Below, one piece after another: positions 1 to 9,659 of a stretch of DNA of 64,000 nt. How positions within the stretch are numbered: position 1 is the first letter of the stretch; the number at the start of each line of letters is the position of its first letter. Position numbers and translations under genes: made by a program. The notes under the pieces are model-generated. The model did not search any database, was not told where the DNA came from, and saw only the letters and a list, made by a program, of their open reading frames with translations. Origin of the DNA: Promethearchaeota archaeon (GTDB taxonomy: Archaea > Asgardarchaeota > Lokiarchaeia > Sigyniarchaeales > SOKP01); the NCBI GenBank assembly GCA_019894975.1, contig JAGXNO010000003.1, positions 32,001 through 96,000 on the forward strand, given 5' to 3'.

Positions 1-379
1 TTAACTTACTTACGTAGTTTTCCAGAGCATTTACATTTATAATATTTGAAATTTCTGTATTACAATTACAAATAATAACCCCAACTCGACTTATTTCACT
101 TCCCTTTGAATCTAAATACTCGTCAATATCTTCTCCTGATAAAATCCTTTTATTAATATTTAATATCTTAAGGACTCGCTTTCCTTCTTCTGTAAGAAAA
201 TATGATTTCTTATCTTTATCTATTAAGGATCCAATTTTTTTGAGATGGAAGTTTAACTGACCAGTTGTTTCTAAACCAAGTCTTTCCATTAAATCTGTAT
301 ACGGAAGATAACCCTCATTTTCTAGAAGGAGTAATACCTTTCTTCTAAATGGATGAGATAATATTGAATATATATCCAT
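1..379 (-). CDS. ArsR-like winged-helix regulator fused to an HdrA N-terminal Fe-S-like domain (runs off left edge)
   Basis: Not in ORF track. Manual translation from ATG at 379: MDIYSILSHPFRRKVLLLLENEGYLPYTDLMERLGLETTGQLNFHLKKIGSLIDKDKKSYFLTEEGKRVLKIL...SRVGVIICNCNTEISNIINVNALENYVSKL; open to position 1. Confidence 0.8.
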   Translation of the reverse strand, partial: MDIYSILSHPFRRKVLLLLENEGYLPYTDLMERLGLETTGQLNFHLKKIGSLIDKDKKSYFLTEEGKRVLKILNINKRILSGEDIDEYLDSKGSEISRVGVIICNCNTEISNIINVNALENYVSKL

Positions 380-480
380 CTTCTAAATCCCTCTCTTTTT
401 CGCCATTTTCAAACAGGATATTTAATTTTAATCAAATTAAAAAAAAAATATATTTAGTTTTTAAACATTGTTTATATTAC

Positions 481-1638
481 TTAATCGTCGTCAATTTCTA
501 AAGCTAAAGGTGGAGATTTCCATGTAATCAATTTATTTTTCATAAAGTTTTCAAATCGTTCCATCTTTAATTGACAGAATTGAGAAATTTTCTCTTTCAT
601 TTTCTCTTTGCTTGTTACCTCCAATCTAAAAGATTTAATTACTCCTGCATTAATTACTTTCCTAATTATATCTATTCCTTTTTTAGTGCGAGTGATTACT
701 GTAGTAAATTTATCCGTAGAACCTAATCCCCCAAATGAGATATCAGCATAAATACTAGTGAAATCGCTACAAGCAAGACAAGCTTGACGCATATAATCAT
801 TTATACTTTCAAAGGGGATATGGATTATTTTTTGAGTGGCTCCTCTGTTTTTCAATTTAATGATTAAATCTTCTTTAATGTTTATTCTTTCTACATTTTC
901 GAATTTCAGATTGAATTCTTTTTCAAACTTCTCAATTCTGAGCTTATCAAAAAAGAAGTTCTCGTAACAAAATAATCCTAAACAAAGCTCAATATTCTCT
1001 GAAGGAATAATACCTAAACTTTGCATGCATCTAATAGTATAAATTTGGCACGGTGTTCCAACCACAGCTAATCTTTTAAATTTGTAATCTCTTAATTGGG
1101 GAAGTGAACTTGTATATGTGTGAAATTTCTGTAATTCATTTAGCTGTGGAGATAAATCTAATTTAAGTCCTGATGCCTCTATTAAATCTTTTTTATTTCT
1201 AGCAATTGTGGCTTCTCTGGAAAAGGCAGTTTTTGTTTTTGCAACGATAGCCCCATCAATTACTTTCTTCTCTAATAAATAGTTTATTATTGAGTTTACT
1301 ACACCTCCATCTGTTCCAATTTTTAAAAAATCTTTATCTGTGGCTTGACATGAATAAATATTGTCGATAAATCCAAAGGGCATGGATGAAAAACTTGTAA
1401 AATTATAAGTTTTCTTGAGATCACCGTCTAAAATATGAGTCTGTGGGCAAAGTAAATAACAAATTCCGCATTCAAGACATTTATCCTCATTTATATATTT
1501 TGGAGGTGAATTAGGATCCTTCATGCTAATTACATCATGTTCAATCGAATTACAAAAACTTACACAACCTCCACATTGTTGGCATATACCAGGTTCGTGA
1601 ACTTCTTTAATTAAATCCTTAAAATTCTTTATCTTCAT
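481..1638 (-). CDS. Coenzyme F420 hydrogenase/dehydrogenase beta subunit (FrhB/FdhB family) with N-terminal ferredoxin
   Basis: CQQCGGC and CLECGICYLLCP; DGGVV, VGTPCQ, GLFC, CLACSDFTSIYADISFGGLGS; paralogue of 61477..62589. Confidence 0.88.
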   Translation of the reverse strand: MKIKNFKDLIKEVHEPGICQQCGGCVSFCNSIEHDVISMKDPNSPPKYINEDKCLECGICYLLCPQTHILDGDLKKTYNFTSFSSMPFGFIDNIYSCQATDKDFLKIGTDGGVVNSIINYLLEKKVIDGAIVAKTKTAFSREATIARNKKDLIEASGLKLDLSPQLNELQKFHTYTSSLPQLRDYKFKRLAVVGTPCQIYTIRCMQSLGIIPSENIELCLGLFCYENFFFDKLRIEKFEKEFNLKFENVERINIKEDLIIKLKNRGATQKIIHIPFESINDYMRQACLACSDFTSIYADISFGGLGSTDKFTTVITRTKKGIDIIRKVINAGVIKSFRLEVTSKEKMKEKISQFCQLKMERFENFMKNKLITWKSPPLALEIDDD

Positions 1639-2054
1639 TATCAGAAATCACCAACTGTATTTATAATCTCGACATCCTAATGACTATTTTAGTAAATATT
1701 ATGATTACTATGATAAATATTATTGTCAAAATATATAAATATATCTTTTTTCGTATATTGATAAGTGAAAAACCTCAATTGAATATTAGAGAATGATAAG
1801 GAGTATATTGAATTTGGATCAGGGATAGGTCCGATTCGTTCATCAAATAAAAAATTGATAAGCAGATTTATCAAAATAACAAATATTTTTCTTATCAGAT
1901 TTTTTAAATTTCTCTCACCTCATAATTTTATCGTAATAGAGTATTAGAAAGTGATTATTATTTCATTTTTGGAAATTCAGTATTTTTTTCAAAATTGAAA
2001 ATAAAAAATTTTTATTAAAAAAATAACGGGTGATATTTTACAAAGGTGGATTAG

Positions 2055-4091
2055 ATGTCTGAAGTGCAGACCAATGTTAGAATAGGAGTGTATATCTGTA
2101 GATGAGGAGTAAATATTGGTGCAAGCATTGATTGCGATATTCTGAGAAATTATGCGGAACTACTCACGGGTGTCATGATTGCTAGAGTAAATGATTTTAC
2201 TTGCAGTGATCCAGGACAAACACTTATTAAGAATGATATTTTAGACTTAGATTTAAATCGGATTGTCGTTGCTGCTTGTACACCAAAAATTCATGAATCC
2301 ACCTACCGAGCAGTATTAATTGAAGCAGGATTAAGTCCATACTATTTTCAAATGGTTAATCTACGCGAGCATTGCTCTTTTATTCACTTAAATGATAAAA
2401 AGAATGCTACTGAAAAAGCTCTAAGATTACTACAAGCAGGAATAAATCGTGCACGGGAATTAGAAATTATCCCTTATAAAAAAATATCGATGGAAAGAGC
2501 TGTTTTAATTATTGGAGCGGGAATTGCGGGGATGAATGCTGCTTTAGATTTAGCAAATCAGGGGATTCCTGTTTATTTAGTCGAAAAAGAAGCCACAATT
2601 GGTGGAAAAATGGCACAATTAGACAGAATTTACCCCACCGATGATTGTGGGATATGAGTACTCGCACCTATTATGGTGAGTGCTTCAAAGCACCCAAATA
2701 TAAAATTATTTACCTATAGTGAAATTATTGAATTTAATGGGATCCCTGGTAATTATAATGTCAAAATACGAAGAAATCCTCGTTATATTAATGAAAAGAA
2801 ATGTACTGGTTGCGGGTTATGTACAATAAAATGCCCAATAAAAGTCCCGAATGAATTTAATAGAGGTATTGGAGAAAGGAGCGCAATTTACATACTTTTT
2901 CCCCAAGCGGTTCCAAAAATTGCTTTAATTGATAGAGATGTCTGTATAGAATGTAAAAATTGTCAAAAAGACTGTCCAGCAGAAGCTATTGAATTTGAAC
3001 AAGAACCTGAGTTTATCGATTTAACAGTTGGAGCAATCATTGTTGCTACTGGATGGGATGAATATCCAATTATGAAATATAACGATTATAAATATGGTAT
3101 TTATCCTAATGTAATTACACAACTAGAGTTAGAACGAATTTTAAGTCCAATTGGACCAACAGGGGGTCATCTTTATAGAATCTCTGATGGTAAAACCCCA
3201 AGAACAGTAGCTATGATTCAATGTGTTGGCTCGAGATCCTTAAAGGGGAACCCTTATTGTTCTGTAGTTTGTTGCAGTGTTGCTCTTAAAAACGCTCAAC
3301 TGCTAAAACAAGAATATCCGGGTATGGATATTGTTATTTTTTATATAGATGTTCGAGCATGGGATAAAGGGAATGAAGAATATTATAGAAAAGCAAGAGA
3401 AGCAGGTATAATGATGGTTCGGGGAAAAGTAGGAGATATACGAGAAGATCCTGAAACAAAAAAGCTAAAGATTCGAGCTTCTTCAACTTTAACTGGTGAA
3501 TTTATTACCTTGAACGCAGATTTAGTCGTTTTATCAACAGGTATGGTCCCTTCTAAAAATACAGCAAAAATCATTGATATTTTAGGATTAAATAAGGATT
3601 CGAATGGTTTTTTAAAAGAGATTCATGGATGCCTCAAACCTCAAGAGACAAATAATATGGGTATTTATATATGTGGATGTGCCGCTGGACCTAAAAATAT
3701 CCCTTATTCCGTATCAACAGCCTTAGCTGCAGCAAGTAAGGTATCAACATTACTTTCTAAAGATACAATAATTCAAGAATTAATTATTGCTGAAATAGAT
3801 GAAAATCTGTGCATGGGTTGTCATAGATGTGAAAAACTCTGTAATTATAAAGCAATCACAGTAAATGGAGAAAATTTTGCGGAAGTAGATGATTTAAAGT
3901 GTAGAGGTTGTGGCGTTTGTGTTTCATCATGTCCCGCTCGAGCAATCGATCTCAAATATTATAGAGAAAAACAATTTGTCGAAGAAATAAAAGGGATTTG
4001 TAGTACTGAAATTGAATTTAAGGAGGAATATTTTGAATCTATTGAAATCGTAATGAAAGAGATTGAAGCATTAGCTCCTCATAAAATTTAA
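2055..4091 (+). CDS. hdrA: Heterodisulfide reductase subunit A (HdrA), putative selenoprotein with two in-frame UGA (Sec) codons
   Basis: ATG 2055 after AAGGTG; frame continuous with ORFs 2175..2657 and 2673..4091 apart from TGA at 2103-2105 (RIGVYICR-U-GVNIG) and 2655-2657 (PTDDCGI-U-VLAP); both align to Cys in HdrA paralogues of this window; GAGIAG FAD motif, ferredoxin motifs. Confidence 0.9.
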
Positions 4092-4092
4092 A

Positions 4093-4161
4093 CCGAAAAA
4101 GAATGATCCTTTCAAAAAAATTATAGTTGAAAGGGAACTAACCCATAGCTAGGGTTTTCGG
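4093..4161 (+). promoter_or_regulatory. Candidate SECIS element in hdrA 3' UTR
   Basis: AUGA (4103-4106), 9-bp stem UCCUUUCAA/UUGAAAGGG, A-rich loop, GA at 4135-4136; directly after stop codon of the UGA-containing gene. Confidence 0.65.
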
Positions 4162-4550
4162 AATAATAATTTATCTTAGATTTAGAGTTTTGATGTATAG
4201 AAAATTTTTTCTAATTTTAGCATTTTGATACTAAGTTTAAATTATGATTAATATATAACTTCCCTTATAGGCAATTTAAGGGATTTCTAATTTCCTATTA
4301 TAAGTGTCATTTAATTATTATATTTTTTTATTTTTTTGTTAAAAAAATTGACAATTTTTTTTTTCATATCATATCTATTAATATGCTAGAAATGTGATTT
4401 TTAACTTTATACTGCCATAAAAGAAAAATTCACTAAAGTTATAGATTGACAATAAAGTTTGTCAAATCCAATAAAATTTTTGTTATCAGATTCTTTAAAT
4501 TCTGAGCTTTTGTTTATTTACTTGGAATAGTTAGATTTATTTATTATGAG

Positions 4551-5204
4551 GTGAGAATTAAGATGGAAGTTTTGGAAATTAAACCTGTTAGGAATAAAGA
4601 AATTAGAGTATATCTGATAAAAATATCTAATAGAAAATCAAAACCTAATGCAAAGGTAAATTTAATTGAGTTTTTAAGTCGTATAAATGTTAATTTTGCC
4701 ACAATTGATTTAGAAAACGAGAATCTAAGAAGTTTTAATAAGTCATCCTTAGCAAAAACATTGGAACAATATAATATTCCTTATTACATAGTAAATATCC
4801 CTGAATATGCGATGGGTTATCTTATGACGGAAATAATAGAAAAAGTAGAACAAGTTGACGAATTAATAGAAGAATTTCTTAGTATGAGCAATAAAGAATC
4901 CATTAAAGGGCTGAATTTAAAATCTTGGATTGATTTTCTCAAAGAAGAGATCGATGAAAAGAAATTATTTTTAGAATTAAAGCTAAGACCAGAATGGGTT
5001 GTTAAGAAAATTCTAGATATAATAAGACCTAAAAATAATAATGAAATCACCTTCGTCCATTTTGCTCAGGATAAGATATTTAATGAAACAATGAAGCTAT
5101 TAAAAGATTTATCTATAGAAGTTAAAGTTTATGAGCAAAAAAAAGAACCTTTTATTGTACATTTAATTACAAATGAGGAGGAATTAGACCAATGGAAGTA
5201 TTAG
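4551..5204 (+). CDS. Hypothetical protein, paralogous to N-terminal domain of the downstream gene (likely start ATG 4563)
   Basis: MEVLEIKPVRNK vs MEVLELKPLKKK; IPYYIVNIPEYA vs IPYKMVDISENA; overlaps next start. Confidence 0.7.
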   Translation: MRIKMEVLEIKPVRNKEIRVYLIKISNRKSKPNAKVNLIEFLSRINVNFATIDLENENLRSFNKSSLAKTLEQYNIPYYIVNIPEYAMGYLMTEIIEKVEQVDELIEEFLSMSNKESIKGLNLKSWIDFLKEEIDEKKLFLELKLRPEWVVKKILDIIRPKNNNEITFVHFAQDKIFNETMKLLKDLSIEVKVYEQKKEPFIVHLITNEEELDQWKY

Positions 5205-6868
5205 AATTGAAACCATTAAAGAAAAAAAGTTTAAAACTGGTGTTGATAGAAAGTGAATTTCCAATAGAATGGTGGTTTGAGGTATCGGCACAAAAGAAAC
5301 ACGATTTAGTTTGGAATTTAAATCTAGTTTCGAGGGAGTATCTTAATCTAATTGAAGATCTTATAAAAAAACACAATCCAAATTTCGCTATTGAGGAAAA
5401 GGGGAGTCGTTGGGAGGATACGATATCCCATGAAGATCCTATTGAGATATTATTTAGAGAACACGAGATTCCCTACAAAATGGTTGATATTTCAGAGAAC
5501 GCTGAAGATTATCTCTCTTCAAACTTGGAGGATCTAAGAACTTTTATAAAACAGTTAACAAAATCGATTAAAAGTTCAAAAAAGGTTGAGGGTTATAAGG
5601 ATGATTATATGTTTCTACGACAATTATTATGGAAGGATTATCTACAACAAGAATATGATAGTCAAGAAGATGAAATAAGGTATAAAGTTCGAGAAGCTTG
5701 GATGATGATGGGGATTCTTAAAATAGCAAAAAATTTGGAAGATAAAAAGCTAAACGCATTCTTTATCTGTGATTCTAATCATTTCAAAGGTATTACTCAA
5801 TTAGCTGAAGAGTTGGCTATAGAAACTGAAGAAATAAAAGTTAAACGATCAATTAAAATTATAAATAATCCTGGCTCAGGATCGATTAAAAATATAATTG
5901 GAAAATCTATACTTGAATTAACACCAATTAAAGTAAAAAAAAAGGAAAAACTTGATAAAATCTGTTATTTTTTTGATACAGACGAAAATGCTTCTCCTTT
6001 TGATATAAATATGGCTTATGACGCAGGCTTTGACGTGGTGATCCCATTTAGCAACATAAAAGCAAATCAGGTACAAAAATTAGTCCAAGATGCTATTTTT
6101 TCACGTAAACCAGGGGCACCTACATCATTTTTTATTGGGGGATCGAATGTGAAAGAAGGTGCAAAAATAGTCACAAAAGTTATAAAATCATTAGTACCAC
6201 CCTTTGAATGTCCAATCATTATCGATCCTAGAGGATCGCACACAACGGCATCTTCGATTGTGGCAAAAACCATGGAGATAGCTGAAAACCATAATATTGA
6301 TGATTTGAGAGGAAAAAAGGTTGTAATTTTAGGAGCGGGCCCTGTAGCTCAGATCGCAGCGATATTATCTGCTAAATTAAAATGTGAAACATATTTGGTA
6401 GAGACTTGGAATAAATCAAATAAGGAGTTTATCGAAGAATTATCAAAAGAGTTATCTAAAGAAGCAGGAAATGCTGCTACAATAATTCATGGAGAATTTG
6501 CTATAACTGAGGAAGAAAAATACAGTATTTTAAAAGATGCAGATTTTATATGGTCTTTGGCTGCAGTAGGTATTCAAGTTTTATCGAAAGATTTAATGGT
6601 TAAGCTAAAAAATAAAATCGTATGTGATATTAATTTAGTTCCACCCTATGGAATTGATGGATTAAAACCAAAGGATTTTAATGCTGAAATATTTCCTAGT
6701 ATTTTTGGAACTGGAGCATTAGCCATTGGTCGTCTCAAATCCAAAGTTGAGGAAACAATTTTAAAGGAAGCTTCAGCTACCATTGGAAAGAAAACATTTG
6801 ATTATCGATATGCTTTTGAAACAGCGAAGAAGATTTTGTTTGGAAGTGAAATTAAAATTACTCTTTAA
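5192..6868 (+). CDS. NAD(P)-dependent methylene-H4MPT dehydrogenase (MtdA/MtdB type) with ~250-aa extra N-terminal domain
   Basis: SPFDINMAYDAGFD, VQDAIFSR, PPF...DPRGSHTTA, GAGPVA Rossmann, DINLVPPYGIDG, GALAIGRLK. Confidence 0.82.
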   Translation: MEVLELKPLKKKSLKLVLIESEFPIEWWFEVSAQKKHDLVWNLNLVSREYLNLIEDLIKKHNPNFAIEEKGSRWEDTISHEDPIEILFREHEIPYKMVDISENAEDYLSSNLEDLRTFIKQLTKSIKSSKKVEGYKDDYMFLRQLLWKDYLQQEYDSQEDEIRYKVREAWMMMGILKIAKNLEDKKLNAFFICDSNHFKGITQLAEELAIETEEIKVKRSIKIINNPGSGSIKNIIGKSILELTPIKVKKKEKLDKICYFFDTDENASPFDINMAYDAGFDVVIPFSNIKANQVQKLVQDAIFSRKPGAPTSFFIGGSNVKEGAKIVTKVIKSLVPPFECPIIIDPRGSHTTASSIVAKTMEIAENHNIDDLRGKKVVILGAGPVAQIAAILSAKLKCETYLVETWNKSNKEFIEELSKELSKEAGNAATIIHGEFAITEEEKYSILKDADFIWSLAAVGIQVLSKDLMVKLKNKIVCDINLVPPYGIDGLKPKDFNAEIFPSIFGTGALAIGRLKSKVEETILKEASATIGKKTFDYRYAFETAKKILFGSEIKITL

Positions 6869-6979
6869 TCTTTTTTATTTTCTTAATTTTTAAAATTGAT
6901 CTTGTTTTTAATTCTATTTTACTCATATATTTTCTAAGCAAAGTAGGATTTAAAGAGAATAATGTAAAGGTTCAGAAAG

Positions 6980-7480
6980 GTGAAAATTAATAACAATGAA
7001 TATTATATCAAAATATTAGAGGTGATAATTATTTATAAAAAAATACTTTTAGCTATAGACGGATCTCTTCATTCTAATAATGCGGTTAATAAAACAGTCG
7101 AATTTCAAAAGATTTTGAATTGTAAGGTTTTAATAATTCATTCAATCAAAGATAATCGATTACCATCTGATCTATATCCTAATGTAAAGGTTCTTTATTC
7201 AAGATACAATACTCTTGACGAAGTATATAAAGAAGCAGGAGAAAAACTATTAAAAAGTACAAAGCAAAAGTTTGGAACAGCCCAAGATCTTGTTGAAACT
7301 CGCTTAATTGAAGATATTTCCCCTGAAGATTATATCCCTAAAGTTGTGGAAGAAGAAGAAATCGAGCTGGTTGTATTGGGGAGTAGAGGCCACCATTCAA
7401 AAATAAAAAAAGTTTTTTTAGGAACAGTTTCCACTAATATTGCAAAAAATGCACCTTGTGATGTTTGGATTGTTAAATAA
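6980..7480 (+). CDS. Universal stress protein (true start possibly ATT 7031)
   Basis: YKKILLAIDGS...VVLGSRG...LGTVS...APCDVWIVK. Confidence 0.9.
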   Translation: MKINNNEYYIKILEVIIIYKKILLAIDGSLHSNNAVNKTVEFQKILNCKVLIIHSIKDNRLPSDLYPNVKVLYSRYNTLDEVYKEAGEKLLKSTKQKFGTAQDLVETRLIEDISPEDYIPKVVEEEEIELVVLGSRGHHSKIKKVFLGTVSTNIAKNAPCDVWIVK

Positions 7481-7866
7481 TATTGAAATATTATTATCAT
7501 TTTCAAAGAATATAAAAAGATCCTCTACCCAATATTTCAAATTCTTTTTTTTAGCTCATTGTACTATGACATTCTTAAACCATTATAAATCTTAAAATCT
7601 AAAAGTCATATTATCACAGTATAAATAATCAGTTATTAGCACATACATTATCAATTCATAGCTTCTAATTGTAGTATACTATATATTTTTATCGAATCTA
7701 AGAAAGGAGTGACTGAATCCGATATTTATATCATATCTATCCAAACATTTATAAGATCAATTTGCGTATATTATTATTGTGTAAAAAATATATGAAATAT
7801 GATAATGGGATATAATCTCAGAAATAATACTTAAGTAAAAATCGTTAAGAATTAGAGGTAGAGTAA

Positions 7867-8127
7867 ATAATCAATAGAAAAGATATAGAATCAAGAATAA
7901 AAAATGCAAGTTTAAATATTCAAAATAGATATAATCGTGTAAATCCAAAATTCATAAAAAATGAAATAGCTCCATTCAAAGTTATTAATTTGCAACCTAA
8001 CTTGAAAAAACTGAGCTCAAATTTGAACGAAGGGAGGAATAGTTCAAGAACCAATTCTAGATACTATTATCATAGCGTTGATATAGATGCAAAAATTAAT
8101 CATAGAAAAATAAGAGAAGGGGATTAG
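7867..8127 (+). CDS. Possible 86-aa hypothetical protein with non-AUG (ATA) start
   Basis: 86 stop-free codons in very AT-rich DNA, GAGGT at 7855-7859, in-frame TAA immediately upstream. Confidence 0.4.
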   Translation: MINRKDIESRIKNASLNIQNRYNRVNPKFIKNEIAPFKVINLQPNLKKLSSNLNEGRNSSRTNSRYYYHSVDIDAKINHRKIREGD

Positions 8128-8264
8128 AAATAAAAGTAAATTTTGAAATTAAGTAAAAAGTGATATATATCTCATGAAGGGTTATATAAACAAAATAAAT
8201 ATTAAAAAATAGAAAAGAGGTTAAGATTATTATTTTTTTCTCCCACTCAATCCAAATTTTTATA

Positions 8265-8807
8265 ATGTATTGTGATGAAGTCAGGGGGATTTTTCCTCTT
8301 TTAATTTTCCCAGATGAATCTATAAAAAATTCTGAATATTTAATGCGTCCTATCAATTTTCATCCGATTTGGTTTTTAGATACGGAAAGAGAGACAGATT
8401 CTGAACATGTAGATCTAACTTATAACGGAAAAATCTATTTTGCTAAAAAATTCCGAATCGTTTCAGAAGTAGGAAAAAAAAAGGGGGAGTATAAAGAAAC
8501 ACCTTTCAATATGATGGCAGTTATTACAGTTTTCCCTAAAGAAATGAGTATTTATAAAAACACTTTTTCCAAAATTATCTCAGAAGCTATTATAAAAGAT
8601 TTTAAAGATTATTTTCATAAGATTATAAAATCTGAGAAATTGAAAACAGATTTAATTAAGATACCCCGAAATGAAAAATTTATCAAAGAAGGAGATTTTT
8701 TGAAAGAAATTATTAAAAATTTCTTAGACATCATTTTGCAGGATCGCTTTTCCTTTTTGAAACATTATTCTCATAAAGGAGAAAACATGATAAACTTAGA
8801 GAGCTAA
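8265..8807 (+). CDS. uDENN/longin-like domain protein (probably extends to ATT ~8229)
   Basis: YCDEVRGIFPLLIFPD...MRPINFHPIWFL, paralogous to N-terminus of 30412..31455. Confidence 0.6.
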   Translation: MYCDEVRGIFPLLIFPDESIKNSEYLMRPINFHPIWFLDTERETDSEHVDLTYNGKIYFAKKFRIVSEVGKKKGEYKETPFNMMAVITVFPKEMSIYKNTFSKIISEAIIKDFKDYFHKIIKSEKLKTDLIKIPRNEKFIKEGDFLKEIIKNFLDIILQDRFSFLKHYSHKGENMINLES

Positions 8808-8965
8808 GAGAGAGATTCCAAGTAAAGGTTTTCTTTTATAAGTTTATAACAAAAAGCACCTAGCAGGAACTGTTAAATTGTATATATTAATTGAAGGAAA
8901 AAGGAATTTATTAAATTTAAAAAAGAACTATTTGAATTTTATTCGGGATTAAAAAGAAGTGAGAG

Positions 8966-9436
8966 GTGGAATTTGTGTATAAAAAAATTTTGCTGGCTAT
9001 TGATGGATCATCAAATTCAGAAAGAGCTTTGCGCAAAGTGATTGAACTTCAAAAAAATGGGAATAGCAAAGTTGTAATGATTCATTCAATCAAATATTCT
9101 AAAAACTTATTATTACCACCAATAGGCCTTGCATCTGGATATGGCTCATATTACATAAGCGAACCAGAAATATTAGAGGAATCAAAAAGGGAGAGTGAAA
9201 AATTATTATTTTCAATGCAAGAACTATTTAAAAAAGAAAACTTACCAGTTGAAACACGGGTAATTTTAGATGAACATCCTGAAGATTATATTAAAAGAAT
9301 TGTAAAACAAGAACATTTTGATCTTGTCGTAATTGGAACAAAAGGTATCCATTCCAAACGAAATCAGTTAATAATTGGTTCTATAGCCCAGAAAGTAGTA
9401 AAGCATGTAGTGTGTGATATTTTAATTATTAGATAA
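8966..9436 (+). CDS. Universal stress protein (likely start GTG 8975)
   Basis: YKKILLAIDGS...VVIGTKG...IGSIAQKVVKHVVCDILIIR. Confidence 0.9.
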   Translation: MEFVYKKILLAIDGSSNSERALRKVIELQKNGNSKVVMIHSIKYSKNLLLPPIGLASGYGSYYISEPEILEESKRESEKLLFSMQELFKKENLPVETRVILDEHPEDYIKRIVKQEHFDLVVIGTKGIHSKRNQLIIGSIAQKVVKHVVCDILIIR

Positions 9437-9464
9437 TTGAATAAAAAGAGGTGATGTTAAGACA

Positions 9465-9659
9465 ATGCATAATGAAATTACGGATATGAACATCAAAAAT
9501 CATATAAAACCTTCTAATAATGTAAATCATCAAGATCGTCAAAAGGAATTAAGACATAACCCGGGTACTATAAAAAAAGACTTTATATCTTCTATTCGTC
9601 AATGGGAATATAGAAAAAAAATTGAGAAATTTAAAGGAAACTTAAGGAAACTAAGATAA
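9465..9659 (+). CDS. Small basic hypothetical protein
   Basis: ATG preceded by GAGGTG; follows usp gene. Confidence 0.45.
   Translation: MHNEITDMNIKNHIKPSNNVNHQDRQKELRHNPGTIKKDFISSIRQWEYRKKIEKFKGNLRKLR

Noticed and set aside
2175-4091. Two separate HdrA fragments or a pseudogene
   Set aside because: Same frame, both stops are TGA on conserved Cys positions, and a SECIS-like element follows; one recoded gene fits better
4244-4283. Second SECIS (ATGA ... TCCCTTA/TAAGGGA hairpin)
   Set aside because: AUGA is not adjacent to the stem, so core geometry does not fit
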